A stretch of 64,000 nt of DNA from Octopus vulgaris (Eukaryota): assembly GCA_951406725.2 (NCBI GenBank), contig OX597824.1, positions 56,916,001-56,980,000 on the forward strand, written 5' to 3'. Below the pieces are notes generated by a model, which had not been told where the DNA came from, did not search any database, and worked only from the letters and a program-made list of their open reading frames with translations. How positions within the stretch are numbered: position 1 is the stretch's first letter; the number at the start of each line of letters is the position of its first letter. The translations under genes were made by a program, and so were the position numbers. Positions 40,061-54,403 of the stretch are shown piece after piece.

Positions 40061-41340
40061 CGAGGGACGTTCAATAAGTAATGCCACTGATCCACTTTCA
40101 GTTGTTTGATCTAGCTGAAATTTTGCATGTGCAATTATTTATATCTCTATAGATTAAATAGCAAATTATAGCTCTGAACTAATTGTGGTGTCTGATTTAC
40201 AGGTGTTTGGACTGAGTCAAGTGTGAAATGTTGAGTGTCGAGCAGTGATCCGGTTTTTGTATTTGAATGGATGCTCACCACGGGAGACTTTTGATGAAAT
40301 GAAAGTAACTTATGGTGATGATGCCCCATCATATGACCTTGTAAAACGCTGGCATCGTGAATTCAAATATGGTCGGAACTCTGTGGAAACAGCTCCCAGA
40401 TCTGGTCGCCTCTCTTCTGCCATTGATGAGGCATCTGTCCGTCAAGTTGAGGCTGCCATTTTGGAAGATCGACGCATAACTATTCGCCAAATAGCCCATG
40501 AGGTCAAGATTAGTACCGGGTCTGTGGAAGCTATCATTCATGACCATTTGCATATGCAAAAGGTGTCTGCCAGATGGATTCCCAGGTTGCTCACACCTTT
40601 CCAGAAGCAAGAACGCGTCGAGTGCTCGAGGATGAATTTGGAGATGTGCCAAGAAGATGAGTCAAAATTTTTCAAAAGACTGATTACACAGGATGAAATC
40701 TGGGTCCATCACTATGATCCAGAGACCAAAGCCCAGTCAATGCAGTGGAAGCACCGTGACTCACCTCCTCCAAAGAAGGCAAGGGTGCAGCCCTCCGCTG
40801 ACAAGGTCATGCTCCCAGTCTTCTGGGACCAGGACGGAGTAGTGATGACAGATTTCCTGGCAAAGGCTACCACAATTACAGGAGCCTATTATGCTTCACT
40901 TCTGAGGAAATTAAGAGAAGCTATCAAAATCAAGAGGGGGGCAAGATCAGCAAAGGCATCCTCCTGCAGGACAACGCTCCGGTCCACAACTCGCGTGTCA
41001 CCAGATCAGAAGCACAGGCGTGCGGCTATGAACTCCTTCTCCATCCCCCTACTCTCCTGACCTTGCACCCTCTGATCTCACCTCTTCCCAGCCATGAAGT
41101 TGTTTTTGAAAGGAAAGCGTTTCCCAGATGATGCAGCCTTGATTTCTGAAGTCACGTCGTGGCTGGAGGACCAAGCTGGGATCTTCTACAAAAACGGTCT
41201 CCAGAGCTGCATCAAACAATGGGAGAAATGCATAACTCTGGGTGGTTCCCATGTAGAAAAAGAATAATAACTGTGCCAAGTTTCGTTGCTCTACTGCTAT
41301 GGGGAGTGGGTCAGGGGCATTACTTATTGAACGCCCCTCG
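40061..41340 (+). mobile_element. full-length mariner element (irritans-like), transposase frameshifted
   Basis: TA|CGAGGGACGTTCAATAAGTAATGCC...GGCATTACTTATTGAACGCCCCTCG|TA; WIPRLL, TQDEIW, then QDNA and YSPDLAPSD in a shifted frame. Confidence 0.95.
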
Positions 41341-41620
41341 TACACCATAAACTGCCAACAACTGAGGAGAATATACACGGGTAAGGATCAGAGTTTTTAA
41401 ACCCATTTCTAACGTAAGGGAAATACAAACTGCCAATGCTCCTGAATATTTACATCCCCTTACCTGTATATCTAATTTTTTCACTTTGCATTATCTTATA
41501 ACTTTTGAAGTCTCACGTAGCTCAACTCCAAAATGGAGACGGATTACCATCATTTTTAAGAGTGGGACACTTGAAAATTGAAAACTGTAATGAGGGAACC
41601 CTGAGATATCGAATTTAGAC

Positions 41621-41676
<56 letters not shown>

Positions 41677-41769
41677 TTAATAATAATAATATTAATAATA
41701 ATAATGATAGGGAGTATAACTCCAAACTTACAGGGAAAAATTCAATTTAGTATTAAATTAAATTTCACA

Positions 41770-41813
<44 letters not shown>

Positions 41814-41954
41814 ATAAATTTGAGAAAAACCACTATTATGTAATTCAAACAATGATAGACGTAAAACATACTATATAGAAAAGGTAAAATATATGATAAA
41901 ACATTTACCTAGATCACAATAAAGTACATGACAATAAACAGTATATAATTAATA

Positions 41955-42060
41955 GACTACGTACGTTTCGTGGCAATATCTTCAATTCGAATTCCAATCA
42001 AATTTAACTTTAATCGATCCAAAAACAATTCAATTTAAAAGTATAGTCACTCCTCAGGTC
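41955..42060 (-). ncRNA. type I hammerhead with long stem II, in PLE remnant 41708-42630
   Basis: GAC-CTGAGGA-GTG...CAC-GAAA-CGTACG-TA-GTC. Confidence 0.7.
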
Positions 42061-42639
42061 AACAATAACAACAATGGTGGTTAAATAAATACATATTTTA
42101 ATAAATAATCAAACAGAATTAAACAATATTTCTTAAAGAAATAAAAACATGATTCTTCTTATAAAAGAAATTTCGTGTATAAATATACAGATATTTATCT
42201 TGTTTGATACCTGTGTCTCCACCACGAAGACAGAGGCTGGATTTACTAAGTGTTTATATGCTTTCATTTCTGGTTGCATTTCTTTAACTTTTTGCGAACT
42301 ACATCTACCAACATTCCAAGCCCCCAGAAATAGTTGTCGGACTGTAATACTTTCCTTCTTCCCTTAATTTTGTGTTTTTGTACTCTGTGTAAATCTGCTT
42401 TGTTAATATATAAATATCTATACATTTATACATTAATATTCATCGCTTGAATATTTTTATTTGAATTATTTGTTTAGTTGCATCTTAATCTCCATATCCG
42501 CTGATCTGGACTCCTCTTATAGTTACTCTTAGCCCCGAAGACTTAATCCCCGGTAATTCGGAGTATGAGCTCAAAACAATTGAGCGCTACTCAATGTTTT
42601 CTATATTGAACATCTCTAGATCTCATCTGTATCGTGAGA

Positions 42640-42965
42640 AGTTTGCTTCCCAATCACATTGCCACTGCATGGCACCTTGCGCAAGTATCTTCTACTATAG
42701 CCTCGGGCCGACCAAAGCCTTGTGAATGGATTTGGTAGATGGAAACTGAAAGAAATCCGTCGTATATGTGTGTGTGTGTGTTTATCTCCCTCCTATCAGT
42801 TGACAACCGATGTTGGTGTGTCCACGTTCTCGTAACTTAGCGGTTTGGCAAAAAAGACCGATAGAATAAGTACTTGGCTTACAAAGAATAGGTCCTGGGG
42901 TCAATTTGTTCGACTAAAGGCGGTACTCCAGTATGGCCGCAGTCAATTGATTGAAACAAGTAAAG
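42640..42965 (+). mobile_element. SINE family 1
   Basis: Same motifs as 22687-23056. Confidence 0.8.
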
Positions 42966-45577
42966 AATAAAAGGATGTATATGTGTGTGTGTATGTATTT
43001 AGATATATATTTAAGGCATAAAAACTGGAGGTAGTTAGGAGCAAAGCCAATTGGGACCGATCTCGCATTATTTCTCTTTTTATGTATTTGCATAATGTTC
43101 TTTTGCACCTACACACATTCATGTACGTATACACGTACATGTATGTATACACATATGTATATGATTCAATTCATATGCAACAGTTTACAAAAATTGTTGT
43201 AAGTATAGATTCGTGTGAGTGCATTGTTGCGTATCACCCATATCACACAAGAAATATTGAAAAAAAAAAAGCAAAGATACAACGACGAGAACAAACTAAT
43301 CCAAAGTAACGAAGGAAAAATATAAAAGACAACAAATTAATAGCAAAGAAAATATAAATAAATACCTCCTACAGATATATAGACTATATCTTTCTTCAAG
43401 TGAAACGTTTTTCACATTAGTTTCTCGTTTGCAGCAGACATCAGAGATTCTCCATAATTTAGAATATATAAGATTACATTTCAACTTTTATCTGCTCCAG
43501 CAAGATTTTGAAAGAAAGAGAAAAAACCCCTAACAAACGCGAAAAAAAAAAACAACTACAAAAACAACAGTGACAACTAAAAAAATTCTTTAAAAAGAAT
43601 TAAAACACGAAAGAGTTGAAAAATTAACCCGAAACGGGGTTTTTAATCAGCTTCGCTTAATTAATAACGTCACATGACTTTCTAGAGTTATTCAGCCGTA
43701 GAAGATGGTAAATTGTGATATCTGCGAGGAAATGAACCTGGAAAAGAAAGGTGGGGATATGTGTGGGGTGGAACAGTTGGGGGCGCGTAGGATATGTGGT
43801 GGCGAGGTGGTATGTGTGCGTGTGTGCATGGTGTATAGTGTGTGGGTGATGGTGATAACAGCTTGGAATTGAATATTTTAAAAATATAATTTAGCTTGCA
43901 TTTTGGCTGATATTTTGTTGCTGTTGTTGTTGTTGTTGACTTAGCTGTTTGCCAGGACACACCCAGTTACTCTTTAACCGTAAATTACCAAGGCAACAAG
44001 AGTCTCTCTACGTGGCTTCTCATCTTGCTAGAAATAAGAAAAAAATTTCTTCAAATCACACTATGCTGTTAAATAGAGGAGACACCGGACAATGTAGTCT
44101 CTAAACAGACAGACAATCACGGATGGAAAGCCTTTGATCATTATTCACCTAGATAATCAGAGCTGAAGCACAAAACCGATAGGAAACGAAACCGCGGTGC
44201 GTACGCTTCAACTGCTAAATCTCCCTAAAACTCTTTCATGCCATTTTAAAATGGGAAGTATATATCCTACAAAATGGCCCTTGATATAAGATGAGGTGGC
44301 CAAAGCTGGATCGCCTTTGAACATAGGTTTTCTCAATAAACAACAGAACAACTAACTAACAGCATCTCGTTTGATTTGTGAGAAATAGCAGCCAAATATC
44401 CCTCTAATCATACCACACAATAGGACATTATATATTGTAGATTTAAATAGCCATAAAATGCTGTATGGTAACGTTTGAAATATTTTCGATCATTGGCTTA
44501 TTAGATTAGTGCTGATCTGTAATTAAGCAACAACGACTCCTTTATGCTATGGCAAGGAGGGAACCATTACGAGGTTACCTGCCTGACTTGCTAGAAAAGG
44601 CAGCCAGATTTCCCTCAAATATGTGCTATTTTAGAGAATGAAATGACACATTGGATAGGGTAGTGCTTGGAATGTCTTTGTTCACAAGTTTTCTAAAAGG
44701 TCACCAAGAGCTTTAATTTTAACGATTTACTGAGAAGAGTGTGAAGGGTAAGGTTCATGGCACTTTTTCAGAGTCTCTGAAAGAGGTGCATAGGAGGGAG
44801 GGGAACTATATCTAGACTAGAGGCTAAAACAAGTCAATGTGTTTCCATCCTTATTACTATTCATATAAGGGCAGTGGATTGGCAGACAGAAACGTTAGAA
44901 CGTCGAAGAAAATGCCTTGCGATATTTATTCTGGCTCTGTACGTCTTGAGTTCAAATACCGCCGAGGTGAATTTAGCTTACTCCTATAAATTTCAGGTTT
45001 TGTGCTTATATTAATAATATTTACCTTTACTGTAACCCGTACCACCCCACTGCAGACTCAATCGCTCTCAGCTAGAGACTGCGGCAGTGAAAACTACTGT
45101 CTTTACTTCCTCTATTCAGTGTCGCAATAGACACTACATGGTGTCTATTAGGTGCAACGGAAAGAGCGACTGTTTCAACTAAGGATAAGAGACTTAGCTC
45201 AACTGTAATTACTACAAAGTTATTCAAATATAAACACACCGAGACTAAGCGCTTTACATTAGCTGTAGCCACAATAAGAGCCTACAACCATACCAAAATT
45301 TACCTCTGCTGTTGCTACCAGGACATTCAGTTATATAAATACGGAAACCACTTCTTAGTAACAACTCACAGTGAGATTTCTGTTTTTGTATCAGCCCTTT
45401 AACAGCAATAAACTGAGTACCAATAATATGAAGTATAATTGTTTTTATGTTTATAAATAAATTTCGAAGTTAAAAAAGAAACATAAGCTCCTATTAACCC
45501 GAGAGAGCGACTAGATTTCGATTCCCAATAGAAGCTATTTCAATTCAATGATGGCAATATTACTTGGGAAATTTTAA

Positions 45578-45770
45578 AGTGGCGAGCTGACAGATTCGCG
45601 CTTAGCGGCATTTCGTTTGTCTTTACATTTTGAGTTCAAATTCCACCGAGGTAGACTTTTCCTTTCATCCTTTCAGGGTTGATAAGATAAGTACCAGCTG
45701 ATCACTGGGGCCGATGTAATCGACTTACCCCCTCCCCGAACTTGCAGGCCTAGTGCCAAAATTTGAAATC
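45578..45770 (+). mobile_element. SINE family 2 with target-site duplication
   Basis: Flanked by ATATTACTTGGGAAA direct repeat (~45558 and ~45772). Confidence 0.75.
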
Positions 45771-47614
45771 TATATTACTTGGGAAACTTCAAACTTCTCA
45801 TTACCTTCCATTTTTAATAAAGAACCATTATTTTTAAATAATGGATAAGCCGTGAGTAAATGCAGCCCCAACGTTAGATTCATTAAACATAGGATGGTTC
45901 ATTGTATGTAAGAAAGAGCAAATCGCTAAGATAAATCATATTATTATAAATTACATAAAGGGGGTGAGCTGGCAGAATCGGAGAAAATGCTTAGCAGTAT
46001 TTCTTTAGGTTCTGAGTTCAAATGTCACCGAGATCATCATTGCCTTCCATCCTTTCGGGGTTAATAAAATAAAATACTGGGGTTAGTATAATCAACTAAC
46101 CCTCACACCATAAAATTGCTTACCTTGTGTGCCAAAGTTTGAAATTGTTATAAAAATTATTTAAAATATTATGATAAATCATATCATCATAAACAGAATT
46201 TAAGTTCAGACTGACTCCTGACAAACGTTAGGTAGAGCTGTACAGGCGAAATTTACTTATTTGCATTTGTATTAGTTCAACTGGCTGTTGGGATTACATT
46301 TTTTTCAAATGAGCTACTCACGATATACTGGCGAGTTAGGCAGAGGTGTATTTAGCTCTTACATGTTTAACTCTCCAAAAATAAATCATCGACGATCAAA
46401 CGAAGAAACATGAAAATATTCCTTTGACCTGATAAACATAGCGTCTAAATCACCCTCAAATCACATCTTGTCGTTTTTAAAAAGGTTGCAGTAGAGGACA
46501 CTGGATAAAGTAGTCGTAGATTGGATGGCCGTGGTTGTAGATGCTGCTCATAGAGCTGCTCAGTCAGAACTGACCTGGGGTTAAACAACTAAGTAGCGGC
46601 TTTTATGAATCTTCGTGTTTCGTCAAATGATTATTTTTGTTATTTTTAGAAAAAAGAATGGCTAAAAGAATAAAAGGAGTCAATATCGATTGAAGAATGT
46701 TCCAGAGGATATTTACCCTCTTTTCTGACAGGGTCGGAGTATAAAAGGGCAACTTTTAAAAAATATAGTGGAGAGGTGAATTTGGTGTATTCTAATGTTG
46801 AACGCTGGGACAAAGTTCAAACCTGGTTTTAGTCATGGTGTAAGGTATCGAGTTGAAGTGTAAATTTTAGCAAACTAAGTGACAGTGTTTAGCTAGCTCG
46901 CCTGTCAAAGAGCAGCGAGCGTAAGGCACTAAGCATTAATTCGAGGTTGGCTAATAACTGCTATTTTTGTGCCACAGGGCAACTCTACGGAAACTAAACA
47001 TGATATAGGGGTCGCAGTAAGGTCGTTTTCGATCCTAACAATTTGTCTGGGGGGATGCTTTTATAAGGAGAAGAGAAAAAATATCTAAAAGTATGTTGGA
47101 CTTCTGTTGACATGTAAACTAAACAGTGTTTGAAGATTTTAAAATATCTTTGGGTTGCCCACTTTTGAAACAACACGAACAATAGGAGCGATATAAAGAG
47201 ACAAAAGAAAACAAGAACAAAGAAGTAATGGGAAATAACCGTAAAATAAGCTATCACTAATAGAGTAAGGTGGGATAAAGAAGTGAGGAAAAGTCGGTAA
47301 GGATGAATCGCGAGGAAGGGTGGGAGGCAGCTAGAGAGAGGGAGGGAGAGCAAGAAAGAAGATTTTTTTAATTTTAAGCCTGGTATTCTATCATTTTTTT
47401 GCCGAACCGCTAGCTTACTGGGGCGTAAACACACCGAGACTAGTTTTAAGCGGTGGTCAGGGACATATACAGACACAAACGCATGCACGAACGCAAAAGC
47501 GACGGGCTTCCTTCAGTTTGCCTCTATCATACCTACTCAGAAGGCTTTAATCAGCTTGAGACTATAGTAGAAGATAATTGTCGAAAGTGTCACGCAATGG
47601 GACTGAACCCGGAA

Positions 47615-47895
<281 letters not shown>

Positions 47896-47901
47896 ATATA
47901 T

Positions 47902-48198
47902 GTGGAGGCGCAATGGCCCAGTGGTTAGGACAGCGGACTCGCGGTCGTAGGATCGCGGTTTCGATTCCCAGACCAGGCGAGTGTTTATTGAGCGAAAACA
48001 CATAAAAGCTCCACGAGGCTCCGGCAGTGGGTGGTGATCCCTGCTGAACTCTTTCACCACTCTTTCTCCCACTCTTTCTTCTGTTGGCCTGCTCACTTAG
48101 CCAGCGGGGTGGCGTCATTCGAAGGCTAAAACAATGCGGACGCATTGTGACCAACGATGTGTAGCAACATTTGATGCTCTGGTCGGTCATGTGATCAT
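47902..48198 (+). mobile_element. SINE family 3 (alternative 3' tail)
   Basis: First ~170 nt match 36107 onward; 3' half unrelated. Confidence 0.85.
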
Positions 48199-48206
48199 GA
48201 GATGTG

Positions 48207-48278
<72 letters not shown>

Positions 48279-48339
48279 CATATAGGCGCAGGCGTGGCAG
48301 TGTGGTAAAAAGTTTGCTTCCTAACGACATGGTTCCGAG

Positions 48340-48371
<32 letters not shown>

Positions 48372-48374
48372 ATG

Positions 48375-48424
<50 letters not shown>

Positions 48425-48425
<1 letters not shown>

Positions 48426-49060
48426 TGGTAAAACGGTAAGATAACAAAAGAAAGAAACGGACCTCAATATTATGTAAATAGAGGAAATTTATCTATAAAA
48501 TAATATGTTACATTACTCGATAGTCAAGATAAAACTCTGAGTTTCAGATGCCGAAGTGGGAATCCACAACGCCATCTCTTCGGTTATCTGGCTATTTGAA
48601 AATGCCACGAAAAAATACCGTTATACAAAGGGAAATTACAGTGTTATAACTCTGCTTGCCTGCGTACTTATACATCGCTATGTAAACGTAAACATCTTCA
48701 CTCGCATTTTTCGCCATAAAAAATTATATAAAAATACATAAAAAATATATATAAAAAATATATAAGAAATATACATAAAATATATATAAAAAATATATGA
48801 TAGAAGGTATGATGAGGTAAAAAAACCTTCTTGGGACATAACATAGAAAGCATGTTCTATCTGTTTTCTTTAGGGGACCAAAAACGTAACAGAAATTTAG
48901 TCACATATGGGCATGATCCGAAAAGTTCTGTCCTTGAGTTTAGAAATGTAGTAGGGTCTAAGCTGCTTTTCCAGATAAGCCATCTCTCCATGTCGCATAG
49001 ACCGCACCTTCCGCTGCCGTTGGTATAGGGCTTACATTTGGCCAAAATCTTCCAATGTAT
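48425..49060 (-). mobile_element. PLE 3' fragment (Hydra-like endonuclease C-terminus)
   Basis: KPYTNGSGRCGLCDMERWLI..FLNSRTELFGSCPY..KFLL; flanked by (TA)n. Confidence 0.7.
48527..48589 (-). ncRNA. type I hammerhead-like motif, U4C variant
   Basis: AGATAA-CCGAAGA-GATG...CATC T-GAAA-CTCAGAG-TT-TTATCT. Confidence 0.6.
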
Positions 49061-49096
49061 GTTATATATATATATATATGTTATATATGTATGTTA

Positions 49097-49172
<76 letters not shown>

Positions 49173-49224
49173 GTGAAGGGAAGAAATGGAGCTGAACGAA
49201 GATTCTACAGAATTCCTTTTTATT

Positions 49225-49310
49225 ATTTTCTACACATGTTTCAAAAGCCGCAAATTTCCAAGTTCGGACTGAATAAGGAGACCATTTTGCAGCTTTCTCT
49301 TCAGGAAAAT
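49225..49310 (-). ncRNA. type I hammerhead with long stem II
   Basis: ATTTTC-CTGAAGA-GAAAGCTGCAAA...TTTGCGGCTTTT-GAAA-CATGTG-TA-GAAAAT. Confidence 0.85.
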
Positions 49311-50279
49311 CCAGGAATTAAAAACTCCAAAACAAATGCGCAGCAAGGTATTCGAACAAAACGCTCCTAAATATATTAAACTTCAATTATCCGCGCTAAG
49401 GCACGGTTGCGACACCCCAAGGTCGTAACTTCAACCGTGTTTTTTCTATTGTGATTTTTGCTACCCAGGTATCGGTTAAATTTTGAATAATCCTTAACAA
49501 GATAATTCATTTATCCATTTCAATATATATATATATATATATTTATAAATAAGAATAATATCGATATTATCAAGTGGCCAGCATGGGAAAAATACCATAC
49601 AAAGGTAATAATTCTTTACAACTAAAAATAAGGGTGTCTGAGAGACACCACCATGCCGAAATAGCAGTCAAATCCCCGACTCTAAAAACCACGTTAAATG
49701 TTATATATATATATATATATATATAGAAGTGTGGCTACAATCCAGCCTACCTCTACTGCTATTGGGCGGGGGGGGGGGCATTTTTAATTTTTACCCCGGG
49801 ACGTCCTACGTCCCAGATATAAAGGTTAAAATAAAATATTTCCACTTTGCAAGTTCGAGTCGAGTACTCCCTTGCATGCTCTGTTGACTCGAACCTTGCT
49901 TCTATTGTGGCGAATTTACCGCCTCTGGTTAGATATCTTCTCATAGTCGCTCCAAGACACTTTTCGATGGTGCTTTCCTCCAGGTGTTCAAATCTGTTTT
50001 CTCTACATTGTATATTTTATAGACAATAGTCTTTTCTTTAATTTAATTTTTTATTATCCATCTGGACTATTCCATTTCTGCACGCTAATTTTATTTTTGA
50101 TTTATTCCCATTCATGTGACACCACTTATTCAAGTTCAAATCATTGATGCAATATTATACCAATTGCTATTTTTACTTTTGTTATGTTACGATTATATTA
50201 TACTTTAGTTTGATTTTAATTATTACTTACTACATATAATTCAATTGTTATTATTATTTTTATTGTTAAAGTGGAAGTA

Positions 50280-50530
50280 TCTGACATAAAATAGAGAAAT
50301 GTTTTTTTTTCACTTTTAACACGTAATACTGAAATAGTGGAGAAGATATGATATTGCTATGGACTCGCTCTAGGCAAGAAGTTGAACATTTTTTCGCCCA
50401 TGAAACTACATGGACCCTAAGTAAGGCATGTGTAAAATTTGAATGAAATTGGTTGTGTAGTTCTCAAGTTTTAGGGAAACACACAGACAGACAGACACAC
50501 ATTCTCAGTTTTATATATATATATATATAT
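50280..50530 (-). mobile_element. Helitron-like 5' fragment, homologous to 61570-61798
   Basis: Shared AACACGTAATACTGAAATAGTGGAGAAGATA...CACACATTCTCAGTTTTATATA. Confidence 0.6.
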
Positions 50531-50534
50531 ATGA

Positions 50535-53500
50535 TGGACTCTCCCGTCAGTTTCGACGTATGTGGCTCTGACAACGTACTCTTTCTTTGTCAATCACAAT
50601 GCGTTTGGCACAATCCTTGTGCCCACACTCAATCTGGCTGTAGATGAGGACTTTGTGTATTCTTTCGTCACTCATTCTGACATGGCCACCCCAGCGCAAT
50701 TGTGATTGGATAAGGATGCTTTCGATTACACCAATCTTACACTTGCTAAACAGGTCGGCATTTGAAACTCTGTCTTTTAGTTAATAACCGCAGATTGTTC
50801 TCAGTCTTTGTTGAATATGTCTAGTTGGTTAATGTGTCGTCTATAGGGTATCCACGATTCTGAGCCATACAAGAAAGTAGTAAGAATGGCAGCTTTATAG
50901 ACCTGTACTTTGGTGTCAAGTTTGATGTCCCTTTCATTCCATAGGCGATGACAGAGTTTGCCAAATGCGTTGGTTGCCTTTGTAAGACGGTTGACGATTT
51001 CATCATCAAGAGAAGCACTAAAATTCACTTTACTACCAAGATATGTAAATGACTTCACATAATTTAGGCTTTTCCCATCAGCCTGTATAGGAATGTCAAG
51101 AAAATTGTGAACCGGTGGTCTCTGCTTGACACCTCAAATTTGTTTAGGGGTAGGGCAAGTTTAGAGGATTGTTTCCGTCTTCTTTATGCTGATGGTCAAA
51201 CCAAAGGCTTTACATGCAGCAGAAAATCGGCCAAGATGTTCCTGAGCTTCCTTTAAGGAGGTCGTTTCTAGTGCAGCATCATCTGCAAAAAGTAGATCAC
51301 GAATGATACTGGTGCAAAGCAGTGTTCTGGCTTTGAAACGCTGTTGATTGAATAGTTCACCACTTGTTCGAAACTGGAATTTGACACCACTTTTTATGTC
51401 ACCAAAAGCATACCTCAGCATCACTGAAAAGAAGAGTACAACCGAAACAGGGACATAACACAACCTTGCTTTGTACCGTTTGTAACGACGAAGGAAGCCG
51501 AAGATTCTCTACTGGACACGACAACATCCCTCATTCTCTCATGAAAGGAGGTGATAAAATTCAATATCTTGTCTGGTATACCAGGCTCTTTCAGAACTTT
51601 CCATAGTGCTTGCCGGTTAACAGTGTCGAAGGACTTAGTAAGGTCAACGAATATCAAGAACAACTCTTGAATTTTCTCACATACCTTCTCCATGACCTGT
51701 CGAAGGGAAAAGATCATCTCGATAGTGCCACGGCCAGAGCGAAATCCGCACTGTGATTCTGGATAGATATCATTTACAACGTGTTTGATGATCCTGTCAA
51801 GAATGAGTCGAGCAAGAATCTTACCAGCAATAGGCAGAAGCGATATTCCACGATGAATATCACAGACACTTCTGTTTCCTCTGTTCTTATAAAGATGTTA
51901 AATTGAGCCATCCTTGAAGGCCTACAATCCAAATGTTTATGAAGTTTCTTAAAAAGCTTCTGTCCACCATGCTTGTAGATTTCATGAGAGACAGCATCCC
52001 TGCCAGACGCTTTATCAGAAGAGATCTGTTTAATAGATCTGTTTACAGGAAGGCTGGCTCCAAAGACAGTCCCAGTATTTCAGTGTGCTGTGGAATAGAC
52101 ATTATGACGTCATCGTTAGTAACTGATGTGGAGTTCAACACAGCTTCAAAGCGATCTTTCCATCGTTTCAGGATGTCAGATTTGTCAATCAACAGTGTCT
52201 CTCTATTCAATGAAAAAATAGCAGTAACACCGTGCTCTTGAGGACCATACACTTTCTTGAGGCCATCATAAAAGGCTTTAGAATCCTTTCTGTCTGCAGT
52301 TTCTTGGAGTTCAGCAGCCTTAAAAGACAGCACGTTAGACCTGGCCTCTGCATTCCTTGTAGTCATTCTCATTTCCTTAGATCTAGGATGCATTCAGGTC
52401 GTCTTGAAATAATTTCGTTATTGAAGAAAAGGTATTTGTGATGCTTAGACTGAATTCCCTGCAGATAGAGAGCATACGCAAACCGCTGGAGTTCATTTGA
52501 CTTACACCATGGTGAGTAAGTACACCCTCCCATGCCTGATCATCAGTACCAACACAGGCATTAAAGTCGCCCATAAGGATGAGTTTATACCTATGGTGAC
52601 AACTGGAGTTGGTTATAAAATTTATCCTTTTCCTGGCCATGGTTGGGACATAGTAACTGACAAGCGTAGCACGAGTGTTGTGATCAAGTTCCACCGTTAG
52701 TGTCATAATACGATCAGAGATGCTCTTGGATAGAGAAAGAAGGGATCTAGCTATTTCTGTCTTGATGACAAAACCAACACCAGAGTGGCATGGTTTGTCC
52801 TCATTTCTTCTACACCAGAAAAATATGTATCCACCTTCACTTTCTTCTAACTGTGATGATCCTGCAAGACGAGTTTCACTGAGTGCAGTTATGTCAACGT
52901 TGTAGTTCTTTAGTTCAAGGGCAACTAGTGCTGTTTTTCGTTCTGGTGCTGAGTGACTGTTTTGGAGAGTGTGCACATTCCAAGAACCAAGGTTAATATT
53001 CTTAGATTTTTTCATGTTTCCACTGCGTTACTGAATAACCAGACAGCTACAGCAGGTTGCCAAGTTTAAGGTGAGTAAGCAATGTTTAGGGCTCCTTTTT
53101 TCACCCTTCCCACTGTTGGGGAAAGCAGTGCTGTGTCTAAATAGATCTGCTTTGCTACCACTGGAAGACACTGACAGCAAAGTTACTAACAAGTTCGGTG
53201 CTGGAACGGTCATCACCCAATGGTCGCCGACTGTGTAGAGATCCAGCAAGAGACTTCCAGTAATATCCTTTACCTGTCCCTGCCGCTTTCTCTCTCTCGT
53301 CAGAGGACTTTTTGATTTTTGCAAGTTGAAGCTGTGCCGTATTGAATGAATAAATGTACGTTGTCAAAAAACTCATACCTATGATTTGATTTGAGTGTTG
53401 AAAGCTTGTGTAGAACCAGCCACACATTTTCGAAGTGATGATAGTAAAAATATGTTCCACAATACCAAGAACAACTCACCTCAGGCTTTTTTCTTCAGAG

Positions 53501-53700
53501 GTTTCCATTCTAGACGAGCCGCTATAAACAAGCTGGAGAGCTTAGTCTACACTACGAATCTACCCCTATGAGTTTGTTGATAGTACAAGCCTATCAAGGA
53601 GAACCTCAGCAACCAAAGATCTGGTTTTATATTAGAGTTCCCCTCTCCTAGATGGGATACCTTCACCACAGTTAAGGAGCCCAATCTGCCTCCTAATATA
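50535..53700 (-). mobile_element. degraded RTE-clade LINE (APE + RT)
   Basis: GSWNV, ALSETR, GVGF, MGDFNA, FVDLTKSFDTV, GTKQGC, LFADD, FTYLGS, LYGSESW across frames. Confidence 0.9.
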
Positions 53701-54039
53701 TGGAATTAAAAACATCAAGTTTAAAAAAAATGTATCTACACATGCACATATAGTTGGGTGGCCGTTGACTACTCATGAGTTCCTTCGCTCTTTATGACAG
53801 GTTTTATTTTTCGTCCCCCAGGGTGTCCAACAATCACCATCCTCACCAAACAAGCTTGGTCGGGTTGCCAATTTCGTCGCCGTGCACTCGACCATGTAAC
53901 AGGTTGTACTGGGTTACATGTTACCAGTAGCGAACAAGAGCGACTAATAACACTAGAGAGCGACCTGATTTTTTTCGTATATACATACATACATACTGAT
54001 ATATATAACTTAGATAACTTAGATATGTTTCGACCAAAG

Positions 54040-54340
54040 ATTGGTCCAGGCCATGTCTAACTTAATAGCACCACCTGATAGGATTATTCGAATCCTGTTT
54101 AAGTCAAGTTTTGTTCAAGTACTGAGTTCTTGTTGGGTGAGTTGTATCAAGTTTTGTTCAAGTAGTGAGTTCTTGTTGGGTGAGTTGTATCCAATTATGG
54201 GTGGCTTATCTGGTATTCTTTGAAGGAATCTATCCAGACTCCGTTTAAAGTTGATGGGATCCTTTTCCTCTTTGATCTCCCTCGAGACAATGTTAAATAG
54301 GGCAGGGCCTATTGAGGAAAAGAAATTATGTTGCAGTGTA
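54040..54340 (-). mobile_element. LINE 3'-end fragment (CR1/L2/Jockey group)
   Basis: GPALFN..FKRSLDRFLQRIPDKP C-terminal motif. Confidence 0.55.
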
Positions 54341-54362
54341 CATGTATATATATATATACATG

Positions 54363-54403
<41 letters not shown>

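Noticed and set aside
53490-53700. Possible HDV-like ribozyme in the RTE 5' UTR (two similar structured motifs)
   Set aside because: Could not build the nested double pseudoknot by eye; needs a descriptor search
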